The notes under the pieces were generated by a model. The model did no database searches and was not told the DNA's origin. It saw nothing but the letters and a program-made list of their open reading frames with translations. Below, piece after piece: positions 36,798 to 45,800 of a DNA stretch of 64,000 nucleotides (its first letter is position 1; each line of letters starts with the position of its first letter). The position numbers were made by a program, and so were the translations under genes. The DNA is from a virus: positions 14,059 through 78,058 of the IMG/VR virus record IMGVR_UViG_3300044977_000034. The stretch is one strand, 5' to 3'.

Positions 36798-36910
36798 GTT
36801 GGCCGGAGCCCACACTCCGGCCCACACTTCGCCCCTCAAGCGCACCAAGGGGGCGGAGGGAGGGGGACCCGCTGCCCGAGACCGCCTCTCCTAAAGCCGG
36901 TCCCCCTCTA
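36798..36910 (+). ncRNA. Candidate three-hairpin small RNA with C-rich loops
   Basis: Three stems downstream of the promoter; no ORF; loop 3 contains CCGCCUCUCCU. Confidence 0.45.
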
Positions 36911-36911
36911 C

Positions 36912-37094
36912 CTACCCGAGCCTTCCTGTCAGCAGCAAGACAATCACGATGATCAACAGAATCGTGATCAAGCTGATGCCGCCATTGCCGAATCCGTAGC
37001 CGGGTTGCCAGGGCGCGCCGGAATAGAAGCGCGGGCCGACGCCTCCCACCAGAATCACGATCAGAATGATGAGGAGGATGGTTCCGAGGCTCAT
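36912..37094 (-). CDS. DUF3309-family small membrane protein
   Basis: MSLGTILLIILIVILVGG...GYG..GG...ILLIIVIVLLLTGRL. Confidence 0.8.
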   Translation of the reverse strand: MSLGTILLIILIVILVGGVGPRFYSGAPWQPGYGFGNGGISLITILLIIVIVLLLTGRLG

Positions 37095-37095
37095 A

Positions 37096-37338
37096 TCACT
37101 GTCCCAGGATTCTGATTGCTCCGAGCACTCCGACTACGATCGCGACGAACTCCAGGGCAAACTTCGATATCGAGCCGTTGGTGCAACCCTCCGGCACTGG
37201 CTTGCTCACGAAAACAAACTGGAAGCACGCCCACTCGGCGTAGAGCGTGCCAAACGCGAACAGGAACAGGATGCCGAAGATCGACAAAATGGCGATGAGC
37301 AGCAGCTGCCGATAAGTTTTTTTGTCCTCATCGCTCAT
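37096..37338 (-). CDS. Two-TM membrane protein, possible holin
   Basis: Two hydrophobic segments; ATGA-coupled to the endolysin. Confidence 0.55.
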   Translation of the reverse strand: MSDEDKKTYRQLLLIAILSIFGILFLFAFGTLYAEWACFQFVFVSKPVPEGCTNGSISKFALEFVAIVVGVLGAIRILGQ

Positions 37339-37787
37339 GCAAAGCCGCTGCGGGTGCCCTTGTTGTCGATGGTCAAGGCTTGATGGCGCGGCTCGCCAGC
37401 GGTCAGACCGAGATGCACCCAAGTGTCATATTCGTGGATGAGCTGGTCGATACCCAGCTCCTTCATGTGTGAGTGGAGATGCTTGCAAATCTTCAGCGGC
37501 GTGCCGAAACCAGGGCAGCTGAAGTCGACCGCGAGCGCGCTCATGTGCGCGGATGACTTGCTGCCCCCGACTGCCGCATTGACCTGGGGGCTGCGATAGC
37601 CGGAACTGACCAGAATCGGCTTGTCGCCAAGCAAGGTGCGAACCTTCTCCATCACCTCGGCGGTGCGGGTGAGGTTCTTGCGCTCCTGACTGCTGGCAGG
37701 CGGCACGTTGTTGAGGCCTTTGCGGGCCGCCGTCTGGCTGTCTGTAAATTCCTCAAGCGTGAAATGCGGCGTAAGTTGAGTGGCCAT
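37335..37787 (-). CDS. Endolysin, peptidase M15 family
   Basis: LTPHFTLEEF, SSGYRS..VN..VGG...SAH...AVDF, DQLIHE...WVH. Confidence 0.92.
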   Translation of the reverse strand: MATQLTPHFTLEEFTDSQTAARKGLNNVPPASSQERKNLTRTAEVMEKVRTLLGDKPILVSSGYRSPQVNAAVGGSKSSAHMSALAVDFSCPGFGTPLKICKHLHSHMKELGIDQLIHEYDTWVHLGLTAGEPRHQALTIDNKGTRSGFA

Positions 37788-37881
37788 GGGATTCCCTCCC
37801 ATTGCCGACCGGCTAGCCCGCCGCAGTTATGCCACAGATCGACGGCGGCTGTCCCCATTCGCGATTCGTTCTTCGAGGAAC

Positions 37882-37907
37882 AAAAAGGGGGCGGCCAAAG
37901 CCGCCCC
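37882..37907 (-). terminator. Rho-independent terminator
   Basis: GGGGCGGC-TTTG-GCCGCCCC-CTTTTT on the - strand, after the PEP-CTERM gene. Confidence 0.75.
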
Positions 37908-37934
37908 AATGTCCTTCTACGCGAAAGGAAAACC

Positions 37935-38585
37935 TCAGAACGCGAGACGCTCCTTGGCGCGCCTGTGCAGCCCGAGCAGGCTCAGCAAGCCGAAGCCGAG
38001 CACCAGCATGGCCCAGGTCGAGGGCTCCGGAACGCCGGTCACCAACTGAACCGAGCCGCCGAACGACTGCCTCGGCGCCGTGAAGTCGATGGCGAATTGG
38101 GCCTCGTCCGAGGTGAACGCGCCAGCCGCCGCCGAAACCGGACCAAAGGAGCCGTCGAGCAGCGTGGCTGGGAACGTGTGCGTGGCGAGCAGCCCGCCAT
38201 CGGCGAAGGTCCGCTCGGTCGTCGGGCCTGGATCGTTGGTCAGGCCGTTGACCGTGAAAGTTGACAGCGTGTTCCCTGTCCCCGTGATGGCGCTTTGGAT
38301 GACGTCGATCGTCAGCTCGTGCGAGCCGCTGAATCCCGCCGCCGCAGTGGCGTCGAGCGTCACGGCGGAGAGGTCCGCCTTGGGCAGAATCGGCGAGCCT
38401 TGAGCGTTGATGGTGATGTTGGCGAAGTTCGCGTCGTTGGCCGTGAGGCTCGCCGCGCCGGTCGTGATCCCCGTGATGTTGTCGATCAAGGTTCCGTTGT
38501 CGAACACCTCGATGCTCAACGTCGCCTTGGCCGGACCCGCGCCGATCGCCGCGAGAACCGCCGTAGTCAGTAGCAATCTATGCAT
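37935..38585 (-). CDS. PEP-CTERM (PEPxxWA-CTERM) surface protein
   Basis: Signal peptide (…AGPAKA), Thr/Gly-rich body, VPEPSTWAMLVLGFGLLSLLGLHRR tail. Confidence 0.9.
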   Translation of the reverse strand: MHRLLLTTAVLAAIGAGPAKATLSIEVFDNGTLIDNITGITTGAASLTANDANFANITINAQGSPILPKADLSAVTLDATAAAGFSGSHELTIDVIQSAITGTGNTLSTFTVNGLTNDPGPTTERTFADGGLLATHTFPATLLDGSFGPVSAAAGAFTSDEAQFAIDFTAPRQSFGGSVQLVTGVPEPSTWAMLVLGFGLLSLLGLHRRAKERLAF

Positions 38586-38660
38586 GGAAAGACCCCTAGA
38601 GTTGGATGCCGAATCGTAGCCTTTCTACAACTCGATGAATACAAATAAATTACATCCGTC

Positions 38661-38722
38661 TTGCAGTCCATGCAAAAAAATCAGCGGCGGAGGCGCAGTG
38701 GGAGGAACGCGCCGCCGCCGCT
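38661..38722 (-). terminator. Terminator abutting a TTGCA-N5-TGCAA operator
   Basis: Long GC stem with loop GUUCCUCCCACU and a U7 tail; TTGCAGTCCATGCAA at 38661-75. Confidence 0.7.
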
Positions 38723-38770
38723 TCAACCGCCTATTGCCCCTGCGCTAGAGACCTCGGCGATTCAGCCTGT

Positions 38771-39469
38771 TTACCGCTTGGGCTGTCGCTCCGGAGGCGT
38801 CGGCAACGGCTGGCCTGGAGCCGGACGGCTTGGCGGCAGGCCTTGGCCCGGACGCGGCGGAATCCCCGGCCTAGTCGGCGGCAGGGGTTGGCCTGCGGTC
38901 GGGGGACGGCCCGGTCGGCCGCCGGGGAGGCTTTGGTCGGGGTGCTCCTCGCCAACGCCATAGTCAGGATCGGTCGGCCGCTCCGGCCGCACCGGAACAT
39001 CGATCACCGCCCACCGCGAGCCGACGCCCGAAATAAAGATCACCGCGAGCGCCTTGCCCGGAGGGACGCTCGGAGGCAGCGGCGGCCAGACGGAGCCCGG
39101 AGGCAGCTCTGGAAGACCGGGAGGAACCTCCGGCGGCAAGCCCTGATCGGGACTCTCTGGATCGATCGGGTAGACCGGGAGCTGACCCGATTCGGCGCCT
39201 TCATCTACGCCATAACCCGGATCGCGACCGCCCCAACCGCCCCACGAACCCGGAGGACGATTGCCCGGATGCTCGCCGCCGCCCCAACCCCAGCCCGGAT
39301 CGACCGGACGGCCAGGACGACCGGGCAAATGGCCGGGACGCTCGGGACGGCCGGGAAGCCCGCCGCCGATTTCAGCGCCTTCGTCAATGCCATAGTCGGG
39401 GTCGACAGGGCGCCCCGCGTGATCAAAGTGAACTGGTTGAAGCCAGACTAACTGCTTTCCTCGTGCCAT
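38771..39469 (-). CDS. Pro/Gly-rich repeat protein
   Basis: AGGAG RBS; repeats RPVDPDYG/RPVDPGWG/RDPGYG/PTDPDYG and P.Q.LP. Confidence 0.7.
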   Translation of the reverse strand: MARGKQLVWLQPVHFDHAGRPVDPDYGIDEGAEIGGGLPGRPERPGHLPGRPGRPVDPGWGWGGGEHPGNRPPGSWGGWGGRDPGYGVDEGAESGQLPVYPIDPESPDQGLPPEVPPGLPELPPGSVWPPLPPSVPPGKALAVIFISGVGSRWAVIDVPVRPERPTDPDYGVGEEHPDQSLPGGRPGRPPTAGQPLPPTRPGIPPRPGQGLPPSRPAPGQPLPTPPERQPKR

Positions 39470-39540
39470 GCGTTTCTCCTTCTTGGGGTTCGCCTCTCCC
39501 TTGTGCGCCTTGGCGGTAGCACGAATCGATGACGGGCGGG

Positions 39541-40536
39541 CTACCACTTGATGATTTTCATCGTGCAAGTTGTGGGCTGGATGTTGTTGTGGGCGCCCGA
39601 GCTGCCCGCAGGGGCGAGGTTAGCGTAGCCGGTTCCGATATAGACGCCGCTGGCGGACGCGCCCCCGGTGTTTGCAGCGCTTTGAGAGACAGCGCCAGTA
39701 CTGGGGTACGTCCCGCCATAAAGGGCGAAATTCGTCGCCTCGGTGTAGCCGTGGGTGTGGTTGTCCTGAGACGCGGCATGGCCATGGCCATAGTCGCCGT
39801 GGGTGTGGGACGGCATCTCGGCCGCCGACAACGTGTGATAGGCCTCGCCCGCGAAGGTCACCACGCCCCAGCTGTTGAGGATGCCCCGGTTGCCCTCGTT
39901 CTGGGCGTAAGGCCCCGAGGGAGGAACCGTGCCGATCTGGTCCGCCATCGCGGTCACCGTGCCGCGATAATCGGGGACCCTGAACGAGCCGCCGCTGACC
40001 CCCCAGGTCCCGCCGATGATGTCGTACAGCAGATCATGCTGGGCCTGACTCACATATCGGCCGTCGCACGGCAGCCAGCCGTTGTGGATAAAGGTCGTCG
40101 GCATATCCGCCACCGTCCCCGGAGGGCAACCGGCGTAATCCCAATAGACCCGGCTCGGGGTGACGATGATCGGATAGGGGATGCCGAAGCTGGTGAAGAA
40201 ATAAATCCCGATCTGGTCGTTGAAGTTGTTGCCGCGCACATAGAGCGCGTGGCCGTTGAGGTTGATCCCCTGAATGACGATCCGGCGACCTCCGATCGGC
40301 GGGTAGCTGATGTACTGGTCGCTGCTCAGCGTGCCGGTCAGATAGAGGATCGGATTGGCGGCCTGGGCGATGGTGAGTTCGATCGTTCCGCCTGAACACG
40401 AGAGGACGTACTGCCCGCCATACGCCGTGTCGAGCGTATTGAGCGAGCCATCCATAGGGGTGTCCCAGCCGGTCGCGGCGTAGTCTCCATGAGCGGGAAT
40501 TTCCAAACTTAAGTTAGGTGTAAAAGTGCTAACCAT
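39541..40536 (-). CDS. Tail-collar domain (short tail fibre) protein
   Basis: GWLPCDG..VS....LLYDIIGGTWG...FRVPDYRG, HTLSAAEMPSHTH, HNNIQP...IIK. Confidence 0.85.
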   Translation of the reverse strand: MVSTFTPNLSLEIPAHGDYAATGWDTPMDGSLNTLDTAYGGQYVLSCSGGTIELTIAQAANPILYLTGTLSSDQYISYPPIGGRRIVIQGINLNGHALYVRGNNFNDQIGIYFFTSFGIPYPIIVTPSRVYWDYAGCPPGTVADMPTTFIHNGWLPCDGRYVSQAQHDLLYDIIGGTWGVSGGSFRVPDYRGTVTAMADQIGTVPPSGPYAQNEGNRGILNSWGVVTFAGEAYHTLSAAEMPSHTHGDYGHGHAASQDNHTHGYTEATNFALYGGTYPSTGAVSQSAANTGGASASGVYIGTGYANLAPAGSSGAHNNIQPTTCTMKIIKW

Positions 40537-40551
40537 CGGTATTTCCAGATC

Positions 40552-40601
40552 TTGCAGTTCGTGCAAAAAGCGCTATATTTGGGCGGCCTACAGGAGTCGA
40601 A
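40552..40601 (+). promoter_or_regulatory. Operator-overlapped promoter with GCCTAC and GGAGTCGAA box
   Basis: TTGCAG-16-TATATT; TTGCAGTTCGTGCAA. Confidence 0.7.
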
Positions 40602-40604
40602 ATC

Positions 40605-40790
40605 ATGCCAGAACCAAGCCTAGAATTTATCCAGCGCAATTTGCGGATGATCCAGTTGGATCAGCGGCTGATGCGCAGCGAGATGCAAACCCTGCACACG
40701 AAACTGGACACGCTGAGCGACAAGTTTGATTTGCTGATGGAGGCGTTTGGCAGCTTGGAAACCGCCGTCAAAGCGAAGCTGGGGGACTAG
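40605..40790 (+). CDS. Small coiled-coil protein (moron)
   Basis: Own promoter and RBS; antisense to the late operon. Confidence 0.7.
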   Translation: MPEPSLEFIQRNLRMIQLDQRLMRSEMQTLHTKLDTLSDKFDLLMEAFGSLETAVKAKLGD

Positions 40791-40794
40791 GGCC

Positions 40795-40944
40795 ATGTGG
40801 TTCCTTATTTTCCCGCACCCGTTCAGTTTCTCGCCGAGAGAGAAGCCGCCCCAGGACCCCGACCAGATATCATGGAGGACTGTGATCCTCGTGATCGTCC
40901 TCTGTTCGTTAGCCAGCGGCCTCTTTAATTATCTCGTTCATTGA
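40795..40944 (+). CDS. Small single-TM protein
   Basis: MWFLIFPHP...TVILVIVLCSLASGLFNYL. Confidence 0.5.
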   Translation: MWFLIFPHPFSFSPREKPPQDPDQISWRTVILVIVLCSLASGLFNYLVH

Positions 40945-42827
40945 GGCACGTTTCCGCTCTGGTCCCCGGCCCCCTCGCCTTCATGCTCCGTGTAATGCTG
41001 TAGCGCCCAAGCGGCGAGCGGCTTTGGGTCAATCTTCGCGCCGAGCTGCGCCCCTGCGGTTGCTGCGGTCCGCACCGCCGCATTGCGGATGGCTTCGGCG
41101 TTGCCGCTCCCCACCGCGCGCGTCCAATTCGTTACCGCTCCAGAGCCAGCGGGGCTCGCCAGGAATTTGCCCATCGCTTTGAACCCAAGAAAAGCCGTGA
41201 TGGCTTCTGCGGGATGCCTTGCTCCCTCCACCATCGCGACCGGGCCGACGGCGTGCATGCCGGAATGGGTTGGATTGGCGTAGCGGCCGAGGCTTTTCCA
41301 CTGCTGCGAGACAGTCGCCAGATCATCGAGGTTCTGACGCAGCGCGGGGTTCTGATTGAACAATATGTCCTTCGCTTTGTCGTCGATTTTCGAGTAGCCG
41401 GTCAGAAATCTCGCGGTGCTAAAGCTGCCATCAGTCGGGTCTCGCCCCAGGTTTGAAACGAAGCCTCGCGAAATCTGATCCCAGTCGTTCGCCGGAACGG
41501 CTTGCTGCGCCCGCTGCAAGAGATCGAGGTCGCCTGCTTTTCCCGGCTGGGCGGCGGCCTGAATATTCCCGAACACGTTTTCGGGTTGAGCGTCCATCTT
41601 TGAGCCGCCCAGCAGCTCCTGCAACCTTTGCCGATTGTCGGTGATGGCTTTGAACGTGGCGCTCGCAGTGTTATTCGCGTCCACGGCGTCCTGGCCGCCA
41701 GCGCGCCTAGCGGCGTTGGTGAGGTCGCCGGAGAGCGCGCCCCAAAGGTGCTCGACCTCGTTGTCTTCCAGCTCCTTCGGCCCGACTTGGCCCCAGCTAT
41801 CCGTCAGGGAGCCCAACCTCGTGCGCAGATCCTTCATCGCGTTGTAAGTGAGGCCGCCAGGGACGTTGTTCGCGTCCTGAATCAGCTTGGCGACTGGCCC
41901 CGTCATTTTCTCGCCATAGGCACCGCGTTTCCCCATGATCTGGTTGAACGCACCGACGGTGTTCGAGATCGGCGATTGAACCCGTTGGTTCATGAGGCTG
42001 TTGGCGTAGGCGTAGCGCTGGTCGACGATGTTCTGAGAGGTTGGCCCGATCCAATTCTTGAGGCTCGTGCTCGCCGTCTTGCCAGCGCCTCTCGTCGTTG
42101 CGCCCGCCGCCGCCTGCGTGGCGGCATCGCCGAGCCCCTCTATGGATTTCGCCGTGCCCTCTTCAAGCGGCGCCGCAGCGCCAGGAATGCTGAACCCAAG
42201 CTTGCCCGCCATTTGAGTGATCGGCAGGCCGACCGAGTAGCGCGGCATCGTGACATTGAGCCGCTTCGCCGCATCGAGGATGGTCTGGCGCGCGACGCCT
42301 CCGACTGCGGGAAGAACCGAGTTTGCGAGCGCGGCGCCGCCTGCGCCGCCCGCCGCGCCAAGGGTTCCCTTAACGAGCGAGCCACCAACGCTCTCGCCCT
42401 CACCAGCGCCAAGCGCGCCGCCGTAGATCGCGGCCCCTTTCGCCGTGGCAGCCCCTGGCGTCATGATCATGGGGAGAGATTGCCCACCCGCGTAGAGCCA
42501 GGGATGCGCCTCGGCCGCCTGTCCGCCCTTCGTCGCCAGCGCCTCGCTTGCCGAGGTGTAATCCTGCGGCAGGCCCGCGACGGCTTTCTTCTGGTCCTCA
42601 TTAAGAAGGCCGTATTCGTCGGCCTTGCGCGCGAGCCATCCGATGCCCGCGTTCCCGGCGGCGGCGATCTTTGAACCGCCAGGAATGCCCTTGATCACGC
42701 CGTAGCCGAAGGCGCCCGCGCTGCTGTCGGCGTCGCTCGTTGGCCCGCCATCAGTCGACGTCGGCGGAGGCGGCGCCGCTGGCGTTACGACGTTTCCATC
42801 CGCGTCAACGATATCGCCGATTGCCAT
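40938..42827 (-). CDS. Internal virion / DNA-ejection protein
   Basis: 629 aa, Ala/Gly-rich, follows the large ejection protein. Confidence 0.65.
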   Translation of the reverse strand: MAIGDIVDADGNVVTPAAPPPPTSTDGGPTSDADSSAGAFGYGVIKGIPGGSKIAAAGNAGIGWLARKADEYGLLNEDQKKAVAGLPQDYTSASEALATKGGQAAEAHPWLYAGGQSLPMIMTPGAATAKGAAIYGGALGAGEGESVGGSLVKGTLGAAGGAGGAALANSVLPAVGGVARQTILDAAKRLNVTMPRYSVGLPITQMAGKLGFSIPGAAAPLEEGTAKSIEGLGDAATQAAAGATTRGAGKTASTSLKNWIGPTSQNIVDQRYAYANSLMNQRVQSPISNTVGAFNQIMGKRGAYGEKMTGPVAKLIQDANNVPGGLTYNAMKDLRTRLGSLTDSWGQVGPKELEDNEVEHLWGALSGDLTNAARRAGGQDAVDANNTASATFKAITDNRQRLQELLGGSKMDAQPENVFGNIQAAAQPGKAGDLDLLQRAQQAVPANDWDQISRGFVSNLGRDPTDGSFSTARFLTGYSKIDDKAKDILFNQNPALRQNLDDLATVSQQWKSLGRYANPTHSGMHAVGPVAMVEGARHPAEAITAFLGFKAMGKFLASPAGSGAVTNWTRAVGSGNAEAIRNAAVRTAATAGAQLGAKIDPKPLAAWALQHYTEHEGEGAGDQSGNVPQ

Positions 42828-42829
42828 GG

Positions 42830-45800
42830 CTATGGCTCGTATTCGACTTGGAAAGTGCCGTCTGGCTGAGCCCGCACAATCTTGCCGTTAGGCAACGAAT
42901 AACGCTCGCCGGGTTGAGCGCCCGTCTTCGGGAGCGGCGCGGGCCAATCCTCGCCGGTCACGTTCTTCATCGTCTCCGGCGTGATGCCCTTGAAGATCGG
43001 CACCTCTTTCCGCGCCTTGCCCAGATAGTCGCCGTACTTGTGCGCCTTGGTGAAGGTGTCCATGTCGTCGCCGACGTTCAGATTATGGCCGGGGACGTTC
43101 GAGTACATGTCGTGCTGGTAGTCGAGCGTCGCGAGCTGGTCGGTGAGGATCTTGCGCAGCGCGGCGGGATCGCGGGTCGGCGAGGCGACCATCATCGTGG
43201 CCTCGCGCAGTCCGGCGCGCGGCGCTTTCTGGAGACCTGAGTTGGCGACCGCAGCGAAGGCCTGCTGAATCGCCGACTTCATCGCCGCGTCGGCGCTCGC
43301 CGCCTGCGGCAGCTTGAAGCCGAAGGCGTTGGCCCAGCTCGCCAGCTCGGCCTGCGCCTCGGACGAGCGACCAGCCTGGAAGTGCTGGTAGATGTTCGAC
43401 AGCTCGGAGATTTCGCTGCGGGTCTGGTCGTAGGTCGACTCAAATTTCTCCCTGTTCTCCAGATAGGACTGAAGGACGGGCTTCTGCGCCTCGGTCGTCG
43501 CCGAGGTTACCGCCTCTTGCCCCTTGGACGAGATCTCCGCCTGCTTCTCCCAATTCGATTTTGCGGCCTCCTGCTGGGCCTTGCCTTGCGTGATGAGATC
43601 GTCGCCTAGCCCAGGATGGATCAGGTTTTGCTGATTGCCCTGCGCGATCAGGTTGGTGCCCGCCTTGTAGGCTGGATCTTGGTTGAGGTCGGGGACGCCG
43701 CCCGCAGGAGCCGCCCCGGCAGGAGCCGCCCCGGCAGGAGCTGCGCCAGACGGCGCGCCTCCGGATGGCGCAGCCGCGCCGCTAGGAGCCCCGCTGGGGG
43801 CCGCTCCGCCGCCGAGGGTCGGAAGTGTGGGGAGCCCGCCCGAGGGCGCTCCCTGGCCTCCTGTTGGCGCTGGCGCAGCCGTTCCTCCGCTCCCGCCGCC
43901 GAGCAAGCCCTTGCTGCGCAGCATCTGGATGTAGACCTTGTTCATCATCGCGCCGATCTGGAGCTGCTGGACCTTCAGATCCGCGTCCGCGCCATGCTCG
44001 CGCGCTTCCTGCGACAGGTTGTTGATCTGCGCCTGCGCCTCTCCCCATTGCTTCTCCAGCCCCTTTTGCGCTTGGAGGTAATTGTTCCCGGCCGTTAAGC
44101 CCTCGCCGATCGCCGTGCCGAGCTGGGGGGCGCGCGAGGACATCATCGCCGCGCCGACGCTCATCAGGTAGCCGCCAGGATCGTGCCGCAGCTCGTCGCC
44201 CATGGTGGGCGCTTGCAGATTGCGCCGGTCCAACTGCCCCGGAGGGGGACCGCTTTGGCTTGGGCCGGGGAGCATGAAGCCGCCGCCGTAGGACGACGTG
44301 TCCGCCTCGGCGGGCTGGACGTCCTGCCCCGGTACGTTGGCGCCGCCCGCTATCTTGTCGGCCTGACCTTTCGTCGACCAATCGTGCCAGCCGTGCTGAG
44401 CGGTGTAGTCCGCGACAAACTTGACTTGGTCGGGCACGGTCTTCGGATCGCGCGGATCGAGGCCGGTCTGTTTCTTGAACTCATCGCCGAGGCCGGAGTG
44501 CGGCATGTCGGGGTTAATGCCGCCCATGTGCAGCTGGAACGGGCCGAACGAGGAGCCGCCGTCGCCGACATAGGACTTGCCCATGCCGCTTTCGAGCGAG
44601 GAGATCGTCGAGGCGTACCCGGCGCGATTGCCGAAGTTCTGCTTGATCAGGTCCGGCACCGCAGGAGCGGCGCCGCCGCCGCTAGGAGCTGGAGCCGCTA
44701 CCGGCGGCGCTGGCGGCCCCCCGCCCGCGACTTCGGCGTCGATGGCGTCGAGGTTCGGCGTCCCGCCATCTGAAAAGCCACCGCGCAGGGAGCCAAGCCC
44801 CACGCCACCTCCTGTCCTAAAGCCGAGATCCTGCCCTACGTCGAAGGCGTTGTCCGAGAGATTGGAGAAGTCCGGTGTCCCGGCCATGCTCCCCCATCCT
44901 CCAGAGGCGTCGCTCGGGTCGCCCGCCGGAGCCGTCTGCTGGCCGCCTGCCTGACCCGCGAATTTCTTCACCGCGTCGCCGAGCTTGCCGAGGCCGTCAC
45001 CGCCGAGAGGCCCGCCGCCTGCGGCCGGTGGCGGCGCCGAACTAGGCGGCGCAGGAGGCCCGTGCCCGCCGCCGCCTTGCATCGGCGTCGCCGAGGCCGT
45101 GATCTCCGCCAGGAACGGATCGCCGATGTCGGCCCCAGTCAGGCCGCCGCTGGCCCCGCCGCTGGCGAAACCGGCGCGGTCGCCGCCGCCGAACAGGTCG
45201 CCGAATCCACCGGCCGCCTTGTTGGCGGTCGCGATCGAGCCGAGGCCTCCGCCCTGCGAAGTCTGGCCGGTCACGCCCGCGCCCTGCGGGGTGTAGGCGC
45301 CCGCGTTCATCATGGGCGAGGAGCCGAGCACGCCGCCGCCGCCCTGGAAGCCAGCATAGGCTCGCGAGAGGGAGTCATCGCCCGTGATGCCGCTCGCCAC
45401 ACTGGTCGCAGGATGCATCCTCTTCTGATTGGCGATGATGCTCGGGTCCATCGGCCCTGGACCGGCCATGTTCTGGCGCGCCACGATCTCCGGATCGACG
45501 ATTCCCGTTCCCAGCGAAGACCCCGAGCCCCGCGCGCGCATCGCGTCATGCTGCCGCACGATGTGCCGCATGGTCGTGATCGCCGGGTGCTCCGGCGCCT
45601 GTGCACGAGCATTCGGACTGATCCCCGCGCCTGCTCCGCCGCCGCCCGAGCCGGGGACATAGGTCGCGCCGCGCGCGTTGCCGGTCGTCGGCGTGTAGTG
45701 CCCCGAGAGGTCGAGCGCGGAGATCGGCGGCCCACCCATGTTGGAGACCTGGGTAAAGTGCGGGCCGCCGCCTCCGCCGCCAGCGCCCTGGAAGCTCGGC

